A DNA stretch of 64,000 nt from the NCBI GenBank assembly GCA_963833305.1, contig CAWHXN010000008.1, positions 171,572 through 235,571 on the forward strand, read 5' to 3'. The DNA comes from an uncultured Acidobacteriaceae bacterium (GTDB taxonomy: Bacteria; Acidobacteriota; Terriglobia; Terriglobales; Acidobacteriaceae). Shown here one piece after another: positions 1-7,961 of this stretch. The notes beneath the pieces were generated by a model, which was not told where the DNA came from, ran no database searches, and saw only the letters and a list, made by a program, of their open reading frames with translations. The position numbers were made by a program, and so were the translations under genes. The number at the start of each line of letters is the position of its first letter. Position 1 is the first letter of the stretch.

Positions 1-269
1 CGATTCTGACTCTGCTGCTGGTGGCTGCGGAGCTGATTACGCATCCGTGGTTTCATCACGAGTTCTAAGATTTCGCCGCCGGGATGGGCTCGCCCCGCCG
101 TAAAGACTGCCGTCCCTTCGGGACTCGGATCAGTTTACCGGTCTACCCAGCACTCCACCTTTCGGCTCCGTGCTGGGCTAAGCTCTTTCGCCCTCCGGGC
201 TAGTTCCTTGGCTAGTGCATGGCACGCCGGGTACAAAATTTTGATTCTTACGCGGAATGCGGCACTCCC

Positions 270-512
270 CTAGTCGCCGCCCGAGATCTCCTCCTGCAAA
301 CGCTGATGCAAACGGGCGCTATAGCCAACCGGCAATTCGAAGGTGCGGTCGTCGGCAATGAGGATCAGGATATTCCGCGTCGAATCGAGCACGGCGGCGC
401 AATGCCGACAGTGGGCCAGATGTTCTTCGATGGCTTCCCGCAACTCGGGCGAAACATCGCCCTCGATGTAATCGGAAATCTGCGCCCACACATGCTTGCA
501 ATTCAGAACCAT
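270..512 (-). CDS. putative zinc-binding anti-sigma factor (ZAS-type)
   Basis: 80-aa ORF with 'HLAHCRHC' (HxxxCxxC). Its start overlaps the stop of the upstream ECF sigma gene (503-512), the typical sigma/anti-sigma coupling. Confidence 0.7.
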   Translation of the reverse strand: MVLNCKHVWAQISDYIEGDVSPELREAIEEHLAHCRHCAAVLDSTRNILILIADDRTFELPVGYSARLHQRLQEEISGGD

Positions 513-1189
513 GATCCACCTGCCTTGCTTCGGAACAATCCAAACAATCCGCTTTTCTTCGACGCCAGCTGGGGCGCCAGGATTTTCTGCATCATCAGCC
601 GCGCCCGCAGCAGCCGGGTCTTCACTACTCCCTCGCTGACGCCCAGGGTGGCCGCGGTTTCGGCAATACTGAATTCCTCGACGTCGCGCAAGAGCAAAAC
701 TTCGCGATAAATCTCGGGCAGGCTGGCGATGGCTTTCCGCAACAGCTCGCGCAGCTCTTTTCGCTCCAGCGCCTGCAGCGGAACCTCGCGCCAGTCGGTA
801 ATGACAGCCGGCGTAAAACTGCCGTCCTCATCTTCCGGTGACTGATCGACCGACTCAAACTGGAGCACGCGGGCATGCCGCAAGCGCGCCCGGGCCTCAT
901 TGATGGCGATGGAAATGAGCCAGGTGCTGAACTTGGACTCGGCGCGAAAGTTATGGAGATTCTTCAGCGCCTTCAGTACCGTTTCCTGGGCAGCATCTTC
1001 GGCGTCCTGCTCGTTCTGCAGGATGGAGAAGGTCGCGAAGTACACGCTTTTCTCGTAAGGCCGTATCAGTTCATGGAAGAGCTCGCGTTCGCCGCCAGAA
1101 TGCGGGCGATCAAGTCCGCATCGCGAGCGGCGGGCGCGCCATCGGTCACCGGTCTTCCACTTTGAGCTTCTGCGGTCACGTCGATTCAA
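503..1189 (-). CDS. ECF-family RNA polymerase sigma-70 factor
   Basis: Region 2 motifs 'DAEDAAQETVLKALKNLHNFR' and 'FSTWLISIAINEARARLR'. Region 4 HTH 'FSIAETAATLGVSEGVVKTRLLRARLMM'. The N-terminus is ambiguous: a typical 'DADLIARILA' lead-in lies in another frame near 1100-1150, implying a 1-nt indel or a later start. Confidence 0.85.
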   Translation of the reverse strand: MNRRDRRSSKWKTGDRWRARRSRCGLDRPHSGGERELFHELIRPYEKSVYFATFSILQNEQDAEDAAQETVLKALKNLHNFRAESKFSTWLISIAINEARARLRHARVLQFESVDQSPEDEDGSFTPAVITDWREVPLQALERKELRELLRKAIASLPEIYREVLLLRDVEEFSIAETAATLGVSEGVVKTRLLRARLMMQKILAPQLASKKSGLFGLFRSKAGGSWF

Positions 1190-1304
1190 GCCTGGCCAAC
1201 AGGAAGGAAATTCTACACGTATTAAGTTTGCGATCCGCGAACTCGATAAAAGTTACAGCAATTCGGCTGAAACAAATGGCCGGGTCGCGAGTCCAATTTG
1301 TGTT

Positions 1305-2048
1305 ATGAACAAAATCGTTCGCCTGTTTTTCGTCATGGCGGTCGCCGGCTGGGGCAGTCTTCTGGCGGCACAAAGCCACATGCCCGTGGTGGTGGAGCTG
1401 TTCACCTCGGAAGGATGCTCCAGTTGTCCGCCCGCAGACGCGTTGCTGGCCAAGCTCGGCCAGCAAAATCCGGACAACGGAGTTGACCTTATCCTGCTGG
1501 GCGAGCATGTCGATTATTGGAACCAGCTGGGATGGACCGACCGGTTCTCTTCGGCACAGTTTAGCCAGCGACAAGGTGACTATGCCAAGGAATTTCATCT
1601 CGCTTCCGTTTATACGCCGCAGATGGTAATTGACGGTCGCCTGCAATTGTCAGGAGGCGATGCCGCAGCGGTCAATCACGACATCGAAGCTGCGGCCAAA
1701 GATCCGAAGCCGGCACAAGTGACGCTGCAATGGGCCGGGAACAATCGCCTGCAAGTCACGGTGCAGTCGGCGAACCCGACGCGCGCCAAAGTTCTGTTCG
1801 CAGTAACCGAAGACGGACTGAGTACGCAGGTAGGCAAAGGCGAGAATGGCGGACAAACCCTGCATCATGCGGCGGTGGTGCGGCAGTTGCGCGAGCTGGG
1901 TACTGCTGACAAAAACACTTTCGAGAAAAGCGTGAACGTATCTCCCAATAAAGACTGGAATGTCGCGCAACTGAAAGTTGCGGTCTTCGTCCAGGACCGC
2001 GACAGCGGAAAAGTTTTGGGCGGATCGGAAATCGCCTGGCAACACTGA
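1305..2048 (+). CDS. DUF1223-like thioredoxin-fold secreted protein
   Basis: Signal peptide 'MNKIVRLFFVMAVAGWGSLLAAQS', then 'VVELFTSEGCSSCPPAD', which matches my memory of the DUF1223 CxxC signature. Confidence 0.7.
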   Translation: MNKIVRLFFVMAVAGWGSLLAAQSHMPVVVELFTSEGCSSCPPADALLAKLGQQNPDNGVDLILLGEHVDYWNQLGWTDRFSSAQFSQRQGDYAKEFHLASVYTPQMVIDGRLQLSGGDAAAVNHDIEAAAKDPKPAQVTLQWAGNNRLQVTVQSANPTRAKVLFAVTEDGLSTQVGKGENGGQTLHHAAVVRQLRELGTADKNTFEKSVNVSPNKDWNVAQLKVAVFVQDRDSGKVLGGSEIAWQH

Positions 2049-2143
2049 GCGATGCTGGATTTCCTTCTGTAACTTTTGCGGAAGCTCCGCTTCTTATCTT
2101 TGGCAGCAGTGAGAAAGCTGCTAATCCAAGTCAAGAGGAAATC

Positions 2144-2446
2144 ATGAAGAACAAGTTTTTGGCTGTAATGGCCATGTGTATGCTAGCCGGTTCGTTGAGC
2201 GCGTTCGCGCAGGACAACATGCAGCAGGGCAGCAAAGATCAGGCGCAGTCGAGCGACAGCATGAAGCAAGACAACATGTCGAACGACAGCATGAAGAACG
2301 GAAACACCACCAGCACCAGCAAGAAATCGTCAAAGAAAAAGAAGTCGTCTACGCAGCAGAACAATATGTCGAACGACAACATGAAGAATGACAACATGAA
2401 GAACGACAATATGAAGAACGACCAGCAAGACCAGATGAAGCACTAA
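2144..2446 (+). CDS. small secreted low-complexity protein with Met-x-x-Asp-x pentapeptide repeats (MXKDX-repeat-like)
   Basis: Signal peptide 'MKNKFLAVMAMCMLAGSLSAFA'. Repeats MKQDN, MSNDS, MKNGN, MSNDN and MKNDN x3. RBS 'AGAGGAAA' precedes the ATG. A 15-bp periodic DNA repeat lies near 2372-2425. Confidence 0.7.
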   Translation: MKNKFLAVMAMCMLAGSLSAFAQDNMQQGSKDQAQSSDSMKQDNMSNDSMKNGNTTSTSKKSSKKKKSSTQQNNMSNDNMKNDNMKNDNMKNDQQDQMKH

Positions 2447-2534
2447 GCGAGTCGAGCGGCGACCGACATCAGAACTGGGCAGACGGGACGGGAAGACCTG
2501 GCCACTGCCCAGTTCCACCTTCAGGCCCGAGCAG

Positions 2535-2626
2535 CATTACGCATGCATTCTCCGCGGTGAAATACGTCCCTTACTCCAGACATTACGCATGCATTCTCCG
2601 CGGTGAAATACGTCCCTTACTCCAGA
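2535..2626. repeat. perfect 46-bp tandem duplication (2 copies)
   Basis: 'cattacgcatgcattctccgcggtgaaatacgtcccttactccaga' occurs at 2535-2580 and again at 2581-2626. The second copy contains the last codons and stop of the minus-strand gene ending at 2617. Confidence 0.95.
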
Positions 2627-3312
2627 TATTCGGGGTCGCGCTTCCAGCCGGTAATCATGGAATAGAAGTTGTTCCAGCCGTGGAGCAGCACCATGATGAG
2701 GTGCCCGGGGATGAAGGCCACGAATCCGCACATCGAGATGAAGTGCCAGATGCGGGCCAGATGATAGCCGCCCATCGGCCAGGCCAGCCACCAGAATTGC
2801 GCCGGCTTGTAGAGCACCATGCCGGTGAGCGTCGACATCACGCCAAAAAAGATGGTCGAGGTGTAAGCCAGCTTCTGTAGCGGATTGTAGGCGGCATCGC
2901 CAGGAGGCTTCGGTCCGAAGAGAAAATAATGCCGTGCCATCGGCCACACGCCCTTGATATCGCGCGGCATGAATAACACCTGCCGCCAGTGCCCGGTGGC
3001 GATCTGGTAGATCACGTACATCAGCCCGCTGCCCACGAAGATCCACATGAAGGTGAAGTGCCACTGCAGTGCGCCGCCCAGCCAGCCGCCCAGGGTCAGC
3101 AGCCTGGGAGGAACAAGAAAATCCTGCTGCGGAATCTTGGGGCCGAAACTGGGAAAGGCGCGAAAGATCTGCAGCCCGGTCGTGATCAGCACGAAGACGG
3201 CAACGGCATTCAGCCAATGCGCCGCGCGCACCACCCAGGGATGTTCGTAGGCAACCGTGATCGGTTCCGCCGGCTTACTTTCGATTGCAGTTGCATGAGT
3301 CGCCATGATCAC
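2617..3312 (-). CDS. cytochrome b561-type (Ni/Fe-hydrogenase b-type cytochrome-like) membrane subunit
   Basis: 231 aa, multi-TM. 'VVRAAHWLNAVAVFVLITTGLQIF' fits the R..HW..A...TG pattern of prokaryotic cytochrome b561 family proteins. Its start overlaps the stop of the upstream molybdoenzyme gene (3309-3312). Confidence 0.7.
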   Translation of the reverse strand: MIMATHATAIESKPAEPITVAYEHPWVVRAAHWLNAVAVFVLITTGLQIFRAFPSFGPKIPQQDFLVPPRLLTLGGWLGGALQWHFTFMWIFVGSGLMYVIYQIATGHWRQVLFMPRDIKGVWPMARHYFLFGPKPPGDAAYNPLQKLAYTSTIFFGVMSTLTGMVLYKPAQFWWLAWPMGGYHLARIWHFISMCGFVAFIPGHLIMVLLHGWNNFYSMITGWKRDPEYLE

Positions 3313-3998
3313 AGTCCTCCAAACCAGCTATAGCCCTGGTCTTCCCAATAGCCGCGCTTGCCGCCTTGCAAGACATTGGTCACGCGAATGGTGTCGAGAT
3401 ACTTAGCTTGCTTGTAGCCAAGCTTCGTCGGCATCTGCAGGCGAAGCGGCGCGCCGTGTCCGCGATCAAGCGGCTTGCCGTACATTTCGTAGCAAAAAAG
3501 AGTCTGGGGATGCAGCATCGTCTCCATGTCGATGGACTCGTAATACTGGTCGACGCATTCAACCTCCAGAAAGCGCGCGCTGGTGTCGGCGCCGATCCAG
3601 CGCAAGAAATCGGAGGCGCGGACGCCGCCGAAGTTGCCGATCACGTCCCAGCCTTCTACGCACACATGCCGCGTGTTCTGCACCACCTTGGGCAACGCTT
3701 GAATCTGTTCCAGCTTGTAATCACCGGGCCGCTGCACCATCCCTTCCACCGTCAGCGTCCACTTGTCGAGATCGACTTCGGGATCGACAACGTCGTAGTA
3801 GTTGTAGGGAAAATTTTCGAAGGGGACGACGTCGTTATTCGAGAAAGTCTGGGCGAGCCGGTGACGTCCGAAGAGCTTGCCGGAAGCCCAATCGCTGAAG
3901 TGAAGGCCCTGCATCAGCAGCGGCTGCTGCAGCTTGGGAATAGCGAAAGCGCCGATGGCGACCAGCGGGACAAGCTTCAGCAGCTCGCGCCGATTCAT
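3309..3998 (-). CDS. molybdopterin-dependent oxidoreductase (sulfite-oxidase/YedY-like Mo-binding domain), Tat-type signal
   Basis: 'MNRRELLKLVPLVAIGAFA' twin-Arg-like leader. 'CVEGWDVIGNFGGVRASDF' and 'HGAPLRLQMPTKLGYKQAKYL' are typical of the oxidoreductase molybdopterin-binding fold. Alternative starts: 4061 (ORF track), or ATG 4195 behind a strong GAGGTGAAGG RBS if a 1-nt indel near 4115 is assumed. Confidence 0.8.
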   Translation of the reverse strand: MNRRELLKLVPLVAIGAFAIPKLQQPLLMQGLHFSDWASGKLFGRHRLAQTFSNNDVVPFENFPYNYYDVVDPEVDLDKWTLTVEGMVQRPGDYKLEQIQALPKVVQNTRHVCVEGWDVIGNFGGVRASDFLRWIGADTSARFLEVECVDQYYESIDMETMLHPQTLFCYEMYGKPLDRGHGAPLRLQMPTKLGYKQAKYLDTIRVTNVLQGGKRGYWEDQGYSWFGGL

Positions 3999-4426
3999 GC
4001 GCTTGCGCTCGCGGGGCGTTACCTCGCGAACTTCCTCGCCCGCAGGACCAGCCCGGCGCACCGGGGCCGCAACCGGCTCGTTCGGTTTGGCATCGTCCTC
4101 GCGCTCATTCTTCGGTCAACCGGAGCAGGATTCTCCTGCGGCCCGCTCGGTTCGGGCTCCTGTTTCGGCGGTTCTTCCGAGCGCTCTTCCAACATCCTTC
4201 ACCTCAAACCTGTCGTGGTATATGAGATCATTAATTCAGCCAAAAGTTACAGCAGTTGCTGCGAGCAGGCTTGACCGTTCGTTTTGCCAGCTCGAATACG
4301 AAAGCCGCATATTGGTTATTACGTTGCGAACGAAGCTTACGGATTTAAGGCTCCCGGGCGGTCTGTGAAGCTCCGATTAATTGTGACCTACGACACAGAC
4401 TTCACGTCCGTTATTGTGGGAAGGTT

Positions 4427-4888
4427 GTGATGGTAGAAGCGGAGCTTGTTCCTTTGCAGACAAGCGCCGTCGCTGCCGATCGATTGTCAGGAGTTCATGC
4501 TGTGAAAACTGAGCAGCCGTTCAGATCGAATCTTCGCTACGGTCGAGCCCTGGTGAAGTCTGGAGTATCGGGATTGTCCAGCGGACGAGAAGCCCATCTT
4601 CAGGGCCAACCACTTTCCTGCGCTCTGGCCGAGTCGGCCCGCGCCTCGCTGGGCCTGGCGGCGATAGGAGCCTGCGCCGGATTGTTGCGGTATTGCCTTC
4701 CCGGCCGTCGCGGGCGCATTGCTCAGACGGTTGCTTGCGGCGTTGTTGGCAGCGCCATCGGATTCGTCGCCGGATTCGCGTGGAAAACGCGCGACCTGAC
4801 CGAAAGCATGGCTCATTCCGCAATGAAGCAGATGAACGTGGTCCGGGACGAACGTTGGCTCGATCGTCATCCGATCGATTACGCCTAG
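4427..4888 (+). CDS. hypothetical protein (possible small membrane protein)
   Basis: 153-aa ORF, GTG/ATG start preceded by GGGAAGG, coding-like codon usage, one Gly/Ala-rich hydrophobic stretch. No recognisable family. A GC hairpin lies at 5036-5057 downstream. Confidence 0.4.
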   Translation: MMVEAELVPLQTSAVAADRLSGVHAVKTEQPFRSNLRYGRALVKSGVSGLSSGREAHLQGQPLSCALAESARASLGLAAIGACAGLLRYCLPGRRGRIAQTVACGVVGSAIGFVAGFAWKTRDLTESMAHSAMKQMNVVRDERWLDRHPIDYA

Positions 4889-5280
4889 AAAGATCTTCAC
4901 GGTAGCGCCGTCGCTCCAGCGCGGCGGCGACTTCATTTGTGTTCCGCGAATTGAAAACCAATGCTTAAGGAAACTTCGATCAAGTGAAGGCGAGGTCCCG
5001 CTGCGGCTAACGCCGCGCGATCTTTGGGCACGTAAGGGACGGTCTGAGGGCCGTCCCCTCAAAACGAGACTTCATCACGGCTTCCTCAACTCCCATCGGC
5101 GGACTTTTCGGACTCCACTTCCCCGCTATCGACCCGAGCAGCCCGCCAGCCGTCGCTGATCGGCCAATATCGGGATTTGTAATTCCTCGCAATCTGGTTA
5201 GAATTCCCCTACCTCTCTGCCGCTGAAGAACCGCGAGCCTTTCGGGCAAGCCCAAAAGACGCTTCTATCAACGTGCGGCA

Positions 5281-6630
5281 ATGTGGGATTCAATCATGCC
5301 AAGGCGACGACTGCGGTGGCGGAGCGGCACACTGGTTTGGCTGGCATTGCTGGCGCAGCTTAGTGCTGCACAGGCCAGCCCGCCGCCATCGCCCGCCCCG
5401 CTGCGTCTGACGCTGAAGGACGCGGTCCAACTGGCGATGAAGCAAAACCCCCAGCGCATCGTGGCCCATATTCTTACCCTGGAAAGCGACCGGGACCGCC
5501 AGATTGCCCGTGCTCCTTTGCTGCCGCAGGCGGGTCTGGTCGGTAACACCTCGCTGAACAATTACAACCTTCAGAGCTTCGAAAAGTCCCCGCCGAAAAC
5601 TGCCGGCCCTTACCAGTTCATCGAGGCTGGGCCGGGCTTTTCTCAAACCATTTTGGATCTGCCGCAAATTCGCGCTCTGCAGGTCGGCCGGGAAGGCGTA
5701 AAGGAGGCGCGATCGGAGGAAGTCGTCACCCGCGAAGCCGTTTCGCTGGCGGTCGTCAGTCAATACCTGATGGTGCTGCGCGCGCAAGCTACCTATGAGG
5801 CGGCCAAGTCTCGGGTGGCGCTGGCTGAACGGCTGTTTCACCAGGCTGAAGAATTGCAGAAGACCGGCGTCGGCCTGAAGATCGACACGGTGCGCGCCAA
5901 CGTGGAATTGCAGAACGAGAAGCAGGGGCTGATCGATGCCGAGACGGCGACGCGGACCACGAACTACGTTCTGGCTGAACTGCTGGATCTTCCCCGCGAT
6001 CAGGAGCCGGAGGTTGCCGACCATATGGAGTTTTTCGCGCTGCCCGCCTATGATCGGGCGGCCATGTTGAACCAAGCGCTCGCCGATCGTCCTGAGATGA
6101 AATCGATTGCCTCGCAGCAGCGTATCGCTGAGCTGCAGCACAAGGCTGCGGCCGAGCAGCGCCTGCCGCAACTGGACTTTACCGGTTTCTGGTATTACCA
6201 GGGTGAGCATTTCAGCGAGGGCCTGCCGGCGTATACGTATGCTTTGGGTTTGACCTTGCCGCTCTTCACCGGAGGCAGGATTCAGGCGGAATCTGCTCGG
6301 ACAACGCTGGAGCAGCAGCGCATCGACGAGAACCGCCGCCAGTTGGAAGCGCAAATTATCCGCGAAGTGAAGTCAGCGCTCGACGAGTTGGAATCGTCGC
6401 GCAGTTCGGTGGAGGTTGCCAACCTGGGACTGCAATTGGCTAACGATGAAGTGGCGCAGGCGCAGCGCCGGTTCCAGGCGGGCGTAACCACCAACATCGA
6501 AGTCATTACGGCGCAGGATTCACTCGCCCGCGCCAGCGACAACCAGATCGAGGCACTCTATCGCTTCAATCAATCGCGGGCCAATCTGGCGCGCGCCATG
6601 GGTAACATCGAAGACACGTATTCGAAGTAG
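5281..6630 (+). CDS. TolC-family outer-membrane efflux protein
   Basis: 449 aa, signal peptide, duplicated coiled-coil/beta structure. 'LTLKDAVQLAMKQNP' start and '...AQRRFQAGVTTNIEVITAQDSLARA...' repeats are typical of OEP/TolC. Confidence 0.85.
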   Translation: MWDSIMPRRRLRWRSGTLVWLALLAQLSAAQASPPPSPAPLRLTLKDAVQLAMKQNPQRIVAHILTLESDRDRQIARAPLLPQAGLVGNTSLNNYNLQSFEKSPPKTAGPYQFIEAGPGFSQTILDLPQIRALQVGREGVKEARSEEVVTREAVSLAVVSQYLMVLRAQATYEAAKSRVALAERLFHQAEELQKTGVGLKIDTVRANVELQNEKQGLIDAETATRTTNYVLAELLDLPRDQEPEVADHMEFFALPAYDRAAMLNQALADRPEMKSIASQQRIAELQHKAAAEQRLPQLDFTGFWYYQGEHFSEGLPAYTYALGLTLPLFTGGRIQAESARTTLEQQRIDENRRQLEAQIIREVKSALDELESSRSSVEVANLGLQLANDEVAQAQRRFQAGVTTNIEVITAQDSLARASDNQIEALYRFNQSRANLARAMGNIEDTYSK

Positions 6631-6644
6631 GAAGAAACAGGCTT

Positions 6645-7943
6645 ATGGGTTCTACTCCGACACCGCCGACGATCGAAACGCAAGCCACTCCCACGCCGGC
6701 GACCTCGACGCCGAATCCGCCACGGCGGCTGTGGCAAGACTTCGTGAATCTCAGTCCGCTGACCAAGAGCGTCCTCGCGGTTGTGGTGATTGCGCTGCTC
6801 ATCTGGTTCTGGATCTGGCTGGGCCACGTCACCACTGACGATGCGCAAGTGGATTGTCACATCACGGCCGTCGCGCCGCAGGTACCGGGCTACGTGGTGC
6901 AACTGATGCTTAACGACAACATTCCGGTGGTACAGGGCCAGGTATTAGTCCAGATCGATCCTCGTGAGTACAAAGCCGAAGTGGACCAGGCGCGAGCTCT
7001 GCTGGATGTAACTAAGGCCGAGGCCGCTTCGGCTGAGCTTCAGATTGGGCTGGCTCGCGGCACCACGAGCAACGATACCGGGAGCGCTACGGCGCAGAAG
7101 GAATCGGATGCCGCCGATTATGCCAGCTCGCAGGCGCAACTGGAGCAGGCTGCCACCGCCAATCTCTTGCAGGCGAAAGCCAACCTGGCCGCCAAGCAAG
7201 CCACCAATATTCGCGCCCAGCAAGATCTGGAACGTTATCGTCCCCTGGTGTCAACCGACGACGTTTCGAAATTCCAGTATGACGCGGTGGAAGCCGCGGC
7301 CCGGGTCGCGGCCAGCGATCTGGAAGCGGCGCAGCAACAACTCGCCGCGGCCCAGCAGGCAGTGAACATTGCGCGGGCCAACGCCAGTTCGTTCAAGGCG
7401 CGACTGGCGCGATCGCAATCGTCGTTGCTGAGTACCAAAGCGAAAGAGCGCCAGGTGCCGATCACCGAGGCTACGTACAAGTCCGCGCTGGCTAATGTGG
7501 AACGCGCGAAAGCCAGCCTGGGGCAGGCCGAACTCAACCTGGCCTACACCACGATCACCGCTCCCATCAGCGGCCAGCTTACCCAGAAGAGCGTAGATCT
7601 AGGCCAGTACGTTTCACCCGGACAACTCCTGTTCACCATCGTTCCTTTGGACAAAGTTTTCGTGACTGCGAATTTCAAGGAGACGCAATTGGCCAGGGTC
7701 CGTCCCGGTCAGCGCGCGCGCATTCATGTTGACACCTATGGCAAAGACGTCGACGGAGTCGTCGATTCCATCGCCGGAGCGACAGGTTCCGAGCAGGCGC
7801 TGCTGCCGCCGCAGAACGCGACTGGCAACTTCATCAAGGTGGTGCAGCGCATCCCGGTAAAGATCCTGGTCGATCCTCCCAAGGATCCGCACATGGTGCT
7901 GCGTCCGGGCATGAATGTTGAGGCGACGATTTATACGCGGTAG
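6645..7943 (+). CDS. HlyD/EmrA-family membrane-fusion (periplasmic adaptor) protein
   Basis: N-terminal TM, 'TTDDAQVDCHITAVAPQVPGYVV', a long Ala/Gln-rich coiled coil, and C-terminal 'YTTITAPISGQLT...GNFIKVVQRIPVKI'. Confidence 0.85.
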   Translation: MGSTPTPPTIETQATPTPATSTPNPPRRLWQDFVNLSPLTKSVLAVVVIALLIWFWIWLGHVTTDDAQVDCHITAVAPQVPGYVVQLMLNDNIPVVQGQVLVQIDPREYKAEVDQARALLDVTKAEAASAELQIGLARGTTSNDTGSATAQKESDAADYASSQAQLEQAATANLLQAKANLAAKQATNIRAQQDLERYRPLVSTDDVSKFQYDAVEAAARVAASDLEAAQQQLAAAQQAVNIARANASSFKARLARSQSSLLSTKAKERQVPITEATYKSALANVERAKASLGQAELNLAYTTITAPISGQLTQKSVDLGQYVSPGQLLFTIVPLDKVFVTANFKETQLARVRPGQRARIHVDTYGKDVDGVVDSIAGATGSEQALLPPQNATGNFIKVVQRIPVKILVDPPKDPHMVLRPGMNVEATIYTR

Positions 7944-7961
7944 TCGGGAGAAGAGTCACGC

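Noticed and set aside
1-68. Open frame running in from the left edge ('...ILTLLLVAAELITHPWFHHEF*', stop at 66-68)
   Set aside because: Probably the 3' end of a membrane-protein gene, but 22 codons are too few to support a call.
219-710. 163-aa plus-strand ORF
   Set aside because: It lies antisense to the well-supported anti-sigma and sigma genes, has no recognisable motifs, and shows the Arg/Ala-rich composition typical of off-frame GC-rich sequence.
4062-4426. Acidic N-terminal extension 'MLEERSEEPPKQEPEPSGPQENPAPV...' upstream of the molybdoenzyme (ATG 4195, strong RBS)
   Set aside because: It would require yet another 1-nt indel near 4115 to join the Tat-signal frame. This is plausible given the error pattern but unproven, so the conservative start (3998) is reported.
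5290-6354. 354-aa minus-strand ORF
   Set aside because: Fully antisense to the TolC-family gene, and Arg/Leu/Gln-rich nonsense. Long antisense ORFs are expected in GC-rich DNA.
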